Below are positions 16,972 through 25,318 of a stretch of 64,000 nucleotides of DNA, piece by piece. Below the pieces are notes generated by a model. It made no database searches. It was not told the origin of the DNA and was given only the letters and a program-made list of their open reading frames with translations. The stretch's first letter is position 1. The number at the start of each line of letters is the position of its first letter. The position numbers and the translations under genes were made by a program. The DNA comes from Chitinophagaceae bacterium (GTDB lineage Bacteria; Bacteroidota; Bacteroidia; Chitinophagales; Chitinophagaceae), in NCBI GenBank assembly GCA_023229465.1, contig JALNZE010000016.1, positions 1,442-65,441 on the forward strand, written 5' to 3'.

Positions 16972-18261
16972 TTACTTTTTAATAAATCTTTCTAAATGAG
17001 TTTCTATATCTGTCATTCTATAATTGTTGACTAATATGAATTTTGATTTTTGTAATTCAAGTAGTTCATTGATCAATCCATAATCTTTTTCGTCGCATAC
17101 CTCGTTTAATATTTCGCTTTCGATATTTTTTTGCAGAGCAAAATCATCCTCCTGCAAATCGGTTCCATATACTTTATTATAAATATTGGCAACGCTATAC
17201 TTAAAATTAGAATCTCTATGCCATGTCACCTGAATAGCAACGAGTTCCTGATAGTTAATCAGCATCATTTCCGGCTCTTGTTCACGAATTTCCTTTTGCG
17301 CCTGAAGAAGTTTCTCAAGCATAAATGCTCTTCTCTCATGCGTATAGGGACCAACGCCTTCTTGGTCATTTCGCCGTTTGGGTTCCCGCCAGGTATGATC
17401 ATTTCTATTATCGGCAAGCATGTCCCTGAATTCTACCATTGGCTCCATCCATTCTTCTCCATTATCAATTAAAGCCTGCATGGATTTATCTTTTTTTACT
17501 ACTGTACACACCCAACACCCGAAGCGGCTATTACCACAGGAAGGTGTTGATATATCAGTGATCAAAGGGCAATCGCCTCCCGTTGCATTATTATAGATGG
17601 TTACAAGATTTCTGTTTGATGCCCCCCAGGGAGACGGCACCTGTAAAAGATATTGCCATACCTCCTCTGTAATTACTTCTGTTATAGGGGCATATACAAA
17701 TGCATTAGGTAACGGATGTTTCCGAAGTCTGCTATTTTCAACCTGACTCTTATTTTTCTCAATGCTTTGTGCTCTGGCTGTGCTTTCATCTTTGCGGGTA
17801 CCTAATAAAATAATGGCATGCCCTATTTCGCTTATAGTTGTTTTTATAAATTCTGATGTAGGATTGATCTTTAACCGTTCTGTACACCAGCGAAAGGTAT
17901 TATTAGGAGCAGGATATCCCTTTCCTAAAAGGTTGACCCAAAAAGTATCTTCAAGCCTTGGGGTAGTTTTCTTTACATATATAGGCATCCCCTGTTCCAT
18001 TGCGGCTTTTTCAATAAGCTGTAATACCCTATCTGTATATTGAATGATCTTTGGGTTTTCAACTAAGGTATTATTGCATACAACATAAATCGGGCGCTGC
18101 CGCAAGCCTTGTAATTCTTCTTTCAAAGCATACCAAACCAGTTGCAGAAGCATCGTTGAATCTTTACCACCGCTAAAACCAATGATCCAGGGAATATTCC
18201 CGTCATCTTCCTGATACTGGGCCAATATCTCCTTTTCCAGTTCCTGTCTGCTATAAGCCAT
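16972..18261 (-). CDS. dndC: DNA phosphorothioation sulfurtransferase DndC (PAPS-reductase/PP-loop family)
   Basis: PP-loop GFSGGKDST, then RWCTERLK and the Cys cluster SCGNSRFGCWVCT. First gene of the array. Confidence 0.9.
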   Translation of the reverse strand: MAYSRQELEKEILAQYQEDDGNIPWIIGFSGGKDSTMLLQLVWYALKEELQGLRQRPIYVVCNNTLVENPKIIQYTDRVLQLIEKAAMEQGMPIYVKKTTPRLEDTFWVNLLGKGYPAPNNTFRWCTERLKINPTSEFIKTTISEIGHAIILLGTRKDESTARAQSIEKNKSQVENSRLRKHPLPNAFVYAPITEVITEEVWQYLLQVPSPWGASNRNLVTIYNNATGGDCPLITDISTPSCGNSRFGCWVCTVVKKDKSMQALIDNGEEWMEPMVEFRDMLADNRNDHTWREPKRRNDQEGVGPYTHERRAFMLEKLLQAQKEIREQEPEMMLINYQELVAIQVTWHRDSNFKYSVANIYNKVYGTDLQEDDFALQKNIESEILNEVCDEKDYGLINELLELQKSKFILVNNYRMTDIETHLERFIKK

Positions 18262-18352
18262 ATTTGGTCAATTTTTGATAAAGATAAAACGCTAAATGCC
18301 AGTTTGGGGGTATAACTTGGCACAAATGTGAATTTAGGATCGAATCAATCTA

Positions 18353-18441
18353 ATATTTAAATATATAATATTTACCTTGATACTTCAAGGTTGATAAGCA
18401 TTATTATTAAAAAATAACCTAAATAATTGATTATTAATCAA
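18353..18441. promoter_or_regulatory. Three short perfect palindromes in the AT-rich dndC upstream region (candidate operators)
   Basis: atatttaaatat (18353..18364). accttga-tact-tcaaggt (18374..18391). ttgatta-t-taatcaa (18427..18441). All lie between dndC (minus) and the divergent ORF at 18488. Confidence 0.3.
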
Positions 18442-18487
18442 TAAGACAGCTAATTTTATTCAGTTTGTTCGTCAAAATTAAGCTTAT

Positions 18488-18886
18488 ATGGATCCTATTT
18501 TAGGTTATTTTATCTTCCAAAACATGGGTGATGGCTGCATTGCGTCAAAATACTGTCACCGCCATTTACATAGTTCCCATCCTGAGACCATGAAGCGGTT
18601 ATTAGCAACTCCCGATGAGCGGGAAGAAAACTTGCAGAACCATCAGACAGAGAGAAATGAATTCATTAGACGTTTCCGAACTACCTGGATAGAGAATCTA
18701 GATGCAGAAAATTCGGAAATCTCCACTGTAGTTATTACTGCAAAGGTTAGTTTTCCCGGAATTTTTCGGTTACAATGGAATGATTTTGAAAATGAACCTG
18801 TATTTTTTGGTGAGGGCATGATTCACAAAGGAATCTTGATTGGAAGTTATTGGGATGAAGATATTAATAACCAATTCAGTTTATAA
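18488..18886 (+). CDS. Hypothetical protein (132 aa), divergent from dndC
   Basis: ORF only. No motif recognised. Confidence 0.4.
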   Translation: MDPILGYFIFQNMGDGCIASKYCHRHLHSSHPETMKRLLATPDEREENLQNHQTERNEFIRRFRTTWIENLDAENSEISTVVITAKVSFPGIFRLQWNDFENEPVFFGEGMIHKGILIGSYWDEDINNQFSL

Positions 18887-19011
18887 ATACGTTTGCAAAG
18901 TGCAATTAAAAACAGAACGCAGAAGTGAGTGACACAACAGACGATGCCCCCGCTTACAAAAGCTGGGCAGACTATGAAAAACTAAAGCCCAAAACAAATA
19001 AATACTACAAA

Positions 19012-19053
19012 AGAAAACAAAAAACCGGCAATCCCTCGAGGCGGGACACCGGT
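19012..19053 (-). terminator. Rho-independent terminator downstream of the 260-aa ORF
   Basis: The minus strand reads accggtgtccc-gcctcga-gggattgccggt (GC-rich stem with one bulge) followed by tttttgttttctttt. Confidence 0.5.
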
Positions 19054-19090
19054 CTGTGGCCCGTATGATAGAGTCGTGAGTTTACCTTTT

Positions 19091-19873
19091 TTAAGACACC
19101 TTACGGCTACGCTGCTGCTGTTGCCCCTGTCCCGGTTCCTGCCCTTGCGAAGCGATGATCTGTTTGGTGGTGTCCGGTAAATTTTTACCCTGCGTGGTAT
19201 CTCCTACTATCTTTAACTGGTTATTAGAAAGGCTTACTTTCTGCCCTTCCGCATTATATACACTGATCGTTCCCAGATGTGGGGTGGCTTCAATAAACAT
19301 GCGCTCCTTATTGGCACCCTGCTTCAGTGTTACCACGGCACGTTCCCCGTTTTTAAGTGCTTGCATTAATGCGTCTTTTTCTGCAGCATTCATGTTCTGC
19401 ACCGGCAGTTTACCTACCTCTTCGGTAAGGTTGAACTTGTTGTTGTTATTATAGGTAGTGCGTACCAGGTTATTGTCCCGTTCATCTTTGGCGGTAAAAT
19501 CAATCCTGCGCCAAAGCTGCACATCACGGCCATCTTTACGGAATTCAGCGTACACGCTTCTTCCTTCCAGCATGTTTTTCATCTGCTGGATATTATATCC
19601 CTGTTGTTTATACAGGAAAAAATCGTGGGTGAGTGGTTCCTGTCCTTTTTTTGTCAGCGTGGCAGCTACGTTATTTAAGAAATAATACTCCCCGCCGTTC
19701 TGTGCAAATTTGAAAGCGAACAGCATGGCTTCGTCCTTACCCTCCAGGTTGGCTTTGAGAACAAAATCGGGTTTGCCCAGTTCCATTGCTGCTTTGAGCG
19801 GCTTGTCAAAAACGCCTTCGAATCCCAGTTTAGTAAGGGAATCGGTTAAATACTGATAGTTTTTTAGTTCCAT
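19091..19873 (-). CDS. Hypothetical protein with a Q/G-rich tail, downstream of the coupling protein
   Basis: 260-aa ORF ending in QGQEPGQGQQQQRSRKVS. It is positioned in the mobilization block. Confidence 0.6.
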   Translation of the reverse strand: MELKNYQYLTDSLTKLGFEGVFDKPLKAAMELGKPDFVLKANLEGKDEAMLFAFKFAQNGGEYYFLNNVAATLTKKGQEPLTHDFFLYKQQGYNIQQMKNMLEGRSVYAEFRKDGRDVQLWRRIDFTAKDERDNNLVRTTYNNNNKFNLTEEVGKLPVQNMNAAEKDALMQALKNGERAVVTLKQGANKERMFIEATPHLGTISVYNAEGQKVSLSNNQLKIVGDTTQGKNLPDTTKQIIASQGQEPGQGQQQQRSRKVS

Positions 19874-20000
19874 AAGATTTGTTTTAACATTATAAAATAA
19901 ATTCTCTTCCCATTGTTTTAGTTACCGGTTTACTATTGTAAAGATGTGGCGGTGAAAAACCAATGTTTCCAAGTGGACTTCCAAGTCAGTAAAAATTTTT

Positions 20001-22019
20001 TTATCTGCTTATCATACTTTTAGGGTTACCGGTCTTCTTTTGATCCATTAAATGCTTTTTAAGATCGGGATGGCTATGGATTTTTTCCATTTCCGTTTCT
20101 ATCATTTCTTTCACATCTTTTTTAATGCGGTAATAATTATCCATCACTTCCTCTTGTGTAATGGTTCTGATCACCGGCAGTTCTTTATAATTTTTCTCTT
20201 CCTCTGCTAATGCTTCATGGTCATTGATGATTGCCGCATGAAAAGCTTTGAGTTTAATTTTTGCCTGCGGATCATCCGCTACCGCCCCAACAAATTCACC
20301 GGAACTAAGGTTGGCAATCTTTGCAGGCGGGATAGCGACTTCCAGCTGGGTGGAATGGCTGACGGAAGTATCATTGGAATTGATGGAAACAGATTCCCGA
20401 TCCTGCATGATTTTGCCAATACGTTCAGATAATTGCTTTGCAGTGTCACCAATCACCTGGCCTGAGATAATATTGCCGGCCACATTCATAATCACGTCTG
20501 CCTGTTCTTTACCATAATCTTTGCGTAGCTGGCTAAAATCCTGGATACCGAGCGTAGTAGCTACTTTGTTGCCCCTGGCTGTTGCAATCAGGGTATCAAT
20601 GTTATTGACAAAGACAGTGGGGAATTCATCAAAAACAAGACTGGATTTGAGTTGACCTTTGCGGTTAACCAGTTTCAGCATCCTTTCAATATAAAGTGAT
20701 AATACTGCACCATATATCTGTTGCTTACTTGGATTATTACCAACACAAACAATCTTCGGATGTGAAGGATTATTGACATCAAGCGTAAAATCGTTACCGC
20801 TTAGTACATAATAGAGTGAGGGCGAAGAAAGCCTTGCCAGCCCGATTTTTGCGCTTGCAATCTGCCCTTCAAGTTGTTCCATTGCCTTATGTATATAGGC
20901 TGAAACAAATGGATTGATCAATACTTCGATTTCGGTTTCCAAACTTAACACCGGGAAGAGTTTATCATATTCTACCTGCGCCAGTTCAATGGCATGTGGC
21001 AATGTACAATACTTGCCTTGCTTGTATTTTTTCAGATACCAAAAAATGGCTGTGGTAAAATTGATGGGTGATTCCACAAAAAAATCGCCCCCCTTCTTAA
21101 TCCATTCCCGGTTTAGTGCCAGCATGATAGTTCGGCTGGATTCGGTGGCATCTGTAATATCCAGCAAACTATCCGGGTACAGCACATTGCAGCGATGCGT
21201 CCGGCTGAGATCATCAAAATTGATAAAATACATTTTCGGCGGCACTGTATAGTTTGTATGCTGTTCCAGCAAATGATTGTAAGCAATGCGCGACAGGTCA
21301 GGGAATTTAAAATCATAGATAAAAAAGCTGAATCCTTTTTTAATGTGCTGGGTGATCACATGGCGGATAACGAAATAAGATTTACCGCTACCCGGTGTTC
21401 CCATCACAAGCAAGGCACGAAATGGGTTAATGATATTTATCCATGATTTTTTGATTTTACCTTTTAAAGAATACTGCGCCGGTAGATTAATAGAATATTC
21501 ATTCGTGAGCAATCTTTCTTCCTGCGGGAAGGTCTCATTGAGATCGTTGAAAATATCCTTGTTTAGGGTCAGGTATAATAACCTGGATAATCTGGAACCG
21601 CCCGCCAGTATTGACAGATAGCCGGTTACTGTGACAGATATATATAATTGTGTAAGTGTGGTTTGCTTTATGTTTAATTGAAGGAACAAGGAAGAAATGA
21701 AATACAATAACAAACCAATGATGATGTAATAGAGAATAGGTTTAAGCGTTAATTTCTCATCTTTCTTTCCTTTTATGCCCAACAGTGAAACGGCCAACAA
21801 AAGCAGTGCTGCAAGTTTAGGTTTGTTAATGCCTTGCAGAAACGTCATATTGTTTGACAGGTTGAAAATGATCTTATCAACGATGGCTGCGGTTAAATGA
21901 TAAGTATTGAATGTTTCATAACAGGCACAATAGAAATGCACCAGCAATACTAAGACGCTGCCAAAACGCAGTAAGTCGAAGATGCGGCGTAATGCTTCGT
22001 GATTTTCACCTGTTTGCAT
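20001..22019 (-). CDS. Type IV coupling protein (TraG/VirD4 family; MobC of Bacteroides-type mobilizable elements)
   Basis: N-terminal TM region with a YWFCY-like LVHFYCACY motif. Walker A GTPGSGKS and Walker B-like LVFDEFP. Confidence 0.9.
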   Translation of the reverse strand: MQTGENHEALRRIFDLLRFGSVLVLLVHFYCACYETFNTYHLTAAIVDKIIFNLSNNMTFLQGINKPKLAALLLLAVSLLGIKGKKDEKLTLKPILYYIIIGLLLYFISSLFLQLNIKQTTLTQLYISVTVTGYLSILAGGSRLSRLLYLTLNKDIFNDLNETFPQEERLLTNEYSINLPAQYSLKGKIKKSWINIINPFRALLVMGTPGSGKSYFVIRHVITQHIKKGFSFFIYDFKFPDLSRIAYNHLLEQHTNYTVPPKMYFINFDDLSRTHRCNVLYPDSLLDITDATESSRTIMLALNREWIKKGGDFFVESPINFTTAIFWYLKKYKQGKYCTLPHAIELAQVEYDKLFPVLSLETEIEVLINPFVSAYIHKAMEQLEGQIASAKIGLARLSSPSLYYVLSGNDFTLDVNNPSHPKIVCVGNNPSKQQIYGAVLSLYIERMLKLVNRKGQLKSSLVFDEFPTVFVNNIDTLIATARGNKVATTLGIQDFSQLRKDYGKEQADVIMNVAGNIISGQVIGDTAKQLSERIGKIMQDRESVSINSNDTSVSHSTQLEVAIPPAKIANLSSGEFVGAVADDPQAKIKLKAFHAAIINDHEALAEEEKNYKELPVIRTITQEEVMDNYYRIKKDVKEMIETEMEKIHSHPDLKKHLMDQKKTGNPKSMISR

Positions 22020-22021
22020 AA

Positions 22022-23167
22022 TCAGCGTTTTTTCTTTCTTTTCTTTTTGAAAAATTCAGGTGACAGGTCGGGGCCGCCATATTCCGGTTCCAGCAGTTTA
22101 GTTAAAATTGAGAGATTTAGCCCGCCTGGATACAATTCTGCATATTGTCTTGCTTCCAGGCTTTCCAACAGTTTTGGTGAAATGCCCAATTCCTCTACGC
22201 TACTCACCGTTTTATTGCGGTGATCGATGAATACCCATGTTTTGTTTCTATCATAAGCCAGATGAATCTTTTTGACCTCCAAAAGATTCATTAACTCTTT
22301 TTTATTTTTTGATCTGGTAAGTGCGAATTGAACGGCGCTGGCCGTATATTTCAGAGTTGCTATTTTTTTGATCTGATTGGCTGCAAATTTTTGTTCGATT
22401 CTTTTTAGTGTGGGACTGGTATAAATGGAACTGGCCTTGATGGGAACGCCAACTTTCTCACCCTTTGCATTCATCAAGGAATATTGCAGTCCACCATATT
22501 TTTGCATTCTTGTACCCGGTTTCCCTGCATCAGCTATTACATTAAACTGTTGCAGGATCAAATTGTATTCTTCCAAACTGGTGAACTTATAAGTATCTGC
22601 CACAGTGCGCACAATTTGTGAAATTGACTGCTTGGTTTCTGCTTTACCATATTGTACAGCTTTGAGGTCAATTTCTTTCAAACCTTCGCTTTGCTTTCTT
22701 CCTTCGGCTTTGATAAGCTGAAATGTTTCTTCAATGGATTTTCGCGCCGGTTCTGATTTTCGTTGCACAAGGTTGTGCAGGTTCATCGATCTGCCATTTG
22801 GTTTTATGGGTGTAGTTACAATATGTAAGTGCGGATGGTCCGTATCATCGTGGCGGTAAACTAAATAGGGTTGTTTTTCAAAACCGATCTGTTGCATATA
22901 ATCCAGTACAATAGCCTGCATTTTCTCAGTATCCAGTTTTTCGCCTGGAGAAAAATTTAAAGAGATATGCACGGTATTATAACCGCTTCTGGTACAGTTA
23001 TCATTCAAAACCGTAAAGCGCCTGAGTTTTTGCGAAAAGGATAAATCTGTGGCCTCGCAGCCAAAACGGGCAGCCAGGATCAGTTCCGCATTTCCGGCCC
23101 TGACCTTGGCTTCGTTGTAACTTAAAGCACCACGGATATTTTTACCGTTTTTCATTCGGACAACCAT
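22022..23167 (-). CDS. Relaxase / mobilization nuclease
   Basis: N-terminal GALSYNEAKV and the histidine triad YRHDDTDHPHLHIV. 16-nt overlap with the upstream relaxosome gene and 2 nt from the T4CP gene. Confidence 0.9.
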   Translation of the reverse strand: MVVRMKNGKNIRGALSYNEAKVRAGNAELILAARFGCEATDLSFSQKLRRFTVLNDNCTRSGYNTVHISLNFSPGEKLDTEKMQAIVLDYMQQIGFEKQPYLVYRHDDTDHPHLHIVTTPIKPNGRSMNLHNLVQRKSEPARKSIEETFQLIKAEGRKQSEGLKEIDLKAVQYGKAETKQSISQIVRTVADTYKFTSLEEYNLILQQFNVIADAGKPGTRMQKYGGLQYSLMNAKGEKVGVPIKASSIYTSPTLKRIEQKFAANQIKKIATLKYTASAVQFALTRSKNKKELMNLLEVKKIHLAYDRNKTWVFIDHRNKTVSSVEELGISPKLLESLEARQYAELYPGGLNLSILTKLLEPEYGGPDLSPEFFKKKRKKKR

Positions 23168-23556
23168 TTTTGCGCGAGTTGTTCCACTGTCGCTAAGAGC
23201 CTTTCAATATTGGCTTCTAAGCGTAAATATTTTTCATAACCCATTTTTGCATAAAACATTTTCACTTTTAATTCCGGGTGGGTATTAAACAGTTTAGCCA
23301 TCTGGTTAATATTTACACCGATGGCCCTGATCTCTGCCCGGTTAGCCGCGAGTTCTTCCATCACCATATCCAGCGACTCATCATGCCTGAACACTTTAAT
23401 CGGTTTATCATGTAAAATCTTTCGCACCAGGCTGCTGACCGTTTCGCCTTTTGACTGTGTAGCTAATTTTTCAAGTTCCCCATACTTGGCTTGGCTAATG
23501 CGTGTCATCACAGGTTTTGATAAACCCTGCTCTCCTTTCGTCTGTCCTCTGCGCAT
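23152..23556 (-). CDS. MobC-family relaxosome accessory protein (MobA position)
   Basis: IGVNINQMAKLFN matches the IGxNLNQIAR motif of plasmid mobilization relaxosome proteins. The N-terminal part is RHH-like. Confidence 0.8.
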   Translation of the reverse strand: MRRGQTKGEQGLSKPVMTRISQAKYGELEKLATQSKGETVSSLVRKILHDKPIKVFRHDESLDMVMEELAANRAEIRAIGVNINQMAKLFNTHPELKVKMFYAKMGYEKYLRLEANIERLLATVEQLAQKWLSE

Positions 23557-23589
23557 AGCTTTTACATTTTGGCGAACGTCAAAATTCCG

Positions 23590-23605
23590 GTGTTGATTAC
23601 AACAC
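23590..23605. promoter_or_regulatory. Inverted repeat in the candidate oriT region upstream of the mob operon
   Basis: gtgttg-atta-caacac is a perfect 6-bp inverted repeat. It is followed by an imperfect GC-rich repeat, tgtgcgggcaaccggcaca. Confidence 0.25.
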
Positions 23606-23660
23606 TATATCTTGCTTTGTGCGGGCAACCGGCACAATCAAAAAAACGCCGAGGTTGGGA

Positions 23661-23867
23661 TTACTTCGTATTTACCGGCAACTGCAAGAGTTTGTTCGGT
23701 GAGATGGTTTCTACTTTGACGGCACTTAAAATTTTACTGTTGTCATTTAATAAGGAGCCGAAGAGTTTTTTTAGGAGTTCCGTTTCCTCCACATTAAGCG
23801 GTCGGCTCTTGTTCGTCTTTACATCATAGAGTGACCAATTATCCGAAAAGCGGCAGATATAAAACAT
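23661..23867 (-). CDS. Small hypothetical protein (68 aa)
   Basis: ORF only, co-directional within the element. Confidence 0.35.
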   Translation of the reverse strand: MFYICRFSDNWSLYDVKTNKSRPLNVEETELLKKLFGSLLNDNSKILSAVKVETISPNKLLQLPVNTK

Positions 23868-23881
23868 AGTTTACGATTTTA

Positions 23882-24124
23882 TCAGTGAATGTTTTTATTG
23901 AAAAGCCAGGGCTGCGTTTTGATAGCTGAGAATATCCAGCCATGTGCGGCATTTTTCCATCTTTTGATCATTTCCCCTTTTTTCGTGCGCCATTGTCTTA
24001 ATTGGTAGCATTGGAAAAAATGCTCCGCTTCCTTGTCATTCATCCCTTTTTGTGAAAAATACATTTTCACCTGGTCAAGACTTGGTGGCCACATGGTATC
24101 GGTAAAAAATTGTTGTTTTGCCAT
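23882..24124 (-). CDS. Small hypothetical protein (80 aa)
   Basis: W/K-rich ORF (PSLDQVKMYFSQKGMNDKEAEHFF...W..KKGE.I.RWK), co-directional with and downstream of the HTH gene. Confidence 0.45.
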   Translation of the reverse strand: MAKQQFFTDTMWPPSLDQVKMYFSQKGMNDKEAEHFFQCYQLRQWRTKKGEMIKRWKNAAHGWIFSAIKTQPWLFNKNIH

Positions 24125-24145
24125 TTCTTCCAGTTTTTAGGTCTC

Positions 24146-24475
24146 TCATTTGATTTTCAAATTGCCATGTTTTTTGGATTGCAATAGTTTTTCGATGTCC
24201 CCCGGATCGTAATAATAAATACCGCCAAGCGGGCTATACGGCAGCGTTCCGTTGTTCCGCCAGGTAAGCAGGGTGTTGGAAGAGATACCGAGGAATTCTT
24301 CAACTTCATAAGACTTTAACCATTTTTTCACCGGCTGGTTTGCTGCTGCATCCAACAGCCGTTTAAAGCTGACCAGCAATTCCGTTTTAAAATCGCGTAA
24401 ATCTTCGAGTGTCACCAATTGGTGTAAGAGCAACTGTTTATTACCTACTGTTTGCAATTCATGCACTTTGCTCAT
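24146..24475 (-). CDS. Excisionase-like helix-turn-helix DNA-binding protein
   Basis: WLKSYEVEEFLGISSNTLLTWRNNGTLPYSPLGGIYYYDPGDIEKLL is a typical MerR/Xis-type HTH. Confidence 0.7.
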   Translation of the reverse strand: MSKVHELQTVGNKQLLLHQLVTLEDLRDFKTELLVSFKRLLDAAANQPVKKWLKSYEVEEFLGISSNTLLTWRNNGTLPYSPLGGIYYYDPGDIEKLLQSKKHGNLKIK

Positions 24476-24580
24476 TGTTACCTTGGCTTTACAATAACGA
24501 ATTTAGGATGGTGGAAACGGGGTGTTTCCAAGCGGAGGTCATAGTGAGGGAAGAAATATCAATAAGAACCGAAAAAGAAA

Positions 24581-25318
24581 CTAAATTTTTTCAAAATCGT
24601 CTATGTTCTTTTCAATTTGAGAACATAATTTAATAACATCAATGGCATATGCAGAAATATCAGATGCGCTTATAATTTGTGTCACACCCCTTCCATGTGC
24701 ATAGCTACCTCGATATTCAGCTAGTTTTTGAAGAGAATTCAAAAAAAGAGAATTTGGTATATCAATTCCAACCGGCACGAGCAAACGCAACAAATATTTC
24801 AAAGAAGCACCATGATTAGATTCAATATGACCTCTGAAAAATTCTCGCGTTTCTTTTAATATTTCCTTTGTATATGAATTTGTTTTTTTCGTCAGAGTTG
24901 CTAATTCATTCATAGTTGGAGAAATGCCTGCTTTATATATTTGAGTGACATCCTCTAATTTATTTTTAAATTTTTTCATTGTTTCTGAATTATCAGAAAA
25001 AATGCTAAAACTTGATGCTAATACTAAAGTTTCAATCAATTGAATAATTCCCAAATTTATCTTATCCAGTTCAGCGGCATTTATTGGAATTTTAGTGATG
25101 ACAATTTTTGATTTATATTTCAAATAAGCCTTTTCCAATGTGTATTTGCATAATTTTTCTACAAATTCTTCAACTGCTGCATGAGCCAATACACAAAATG
25201 CTTTTACGCAATCTTCTTCTTCCGTGGTTGGAATTAGGGTTGGGGATTTTACATGGGTTTCCAATAAAGACTGGTAAAGTCGATAGAAATAATTTTTTAA
25301 TAATGATGCTTCAGTCAC
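24581..25318 (-). CDS. HEPN-like protein (putative RNase)
   Basis: C-terminal R203-GSYA-H208 (EYRGSYAHGRG) fits the Rx4-6H HEPN motif in an all-helical-looking protein. The GTG start overlaps the TAG of the DUF262 gene by 1 nt. Confidence 0.65.
   Translation of the reverse strand: MTEASLLKNYFYRLYQSLLETHVKSPTLIPTTEEEDCVKAFCVLAHAAVEEFVEKLCKYTLEKAYLKYKSKIVITKIPINAAELDKINLGIIQLIETLVLASSFSIFSDNSETMKKFKNKLEDVTQIYKAGISPTMNELATLTKKTNSYTKEILKETREFFRGHIESNHGASLKYLLRLLVPVGIDIPNSLFLNSLQKLAEYRGSYAHGRGVTQIISASDISAYAIDVIKLCSQIEKNIDDFEKI

Noticed and set aside
6895-18261. Antisense or nested ORFs inside the dnd array (for example 8026..8232, 9109..9360, 11627..11992, 13054..13344, 15604..15921, 17131..17472, 17762..18043).
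   Set aside because: Each overlaps a longer ORF that has clear catalytic motifs. Their translations are Ser/Leu/Phe-rich reverse-frame artefacts.
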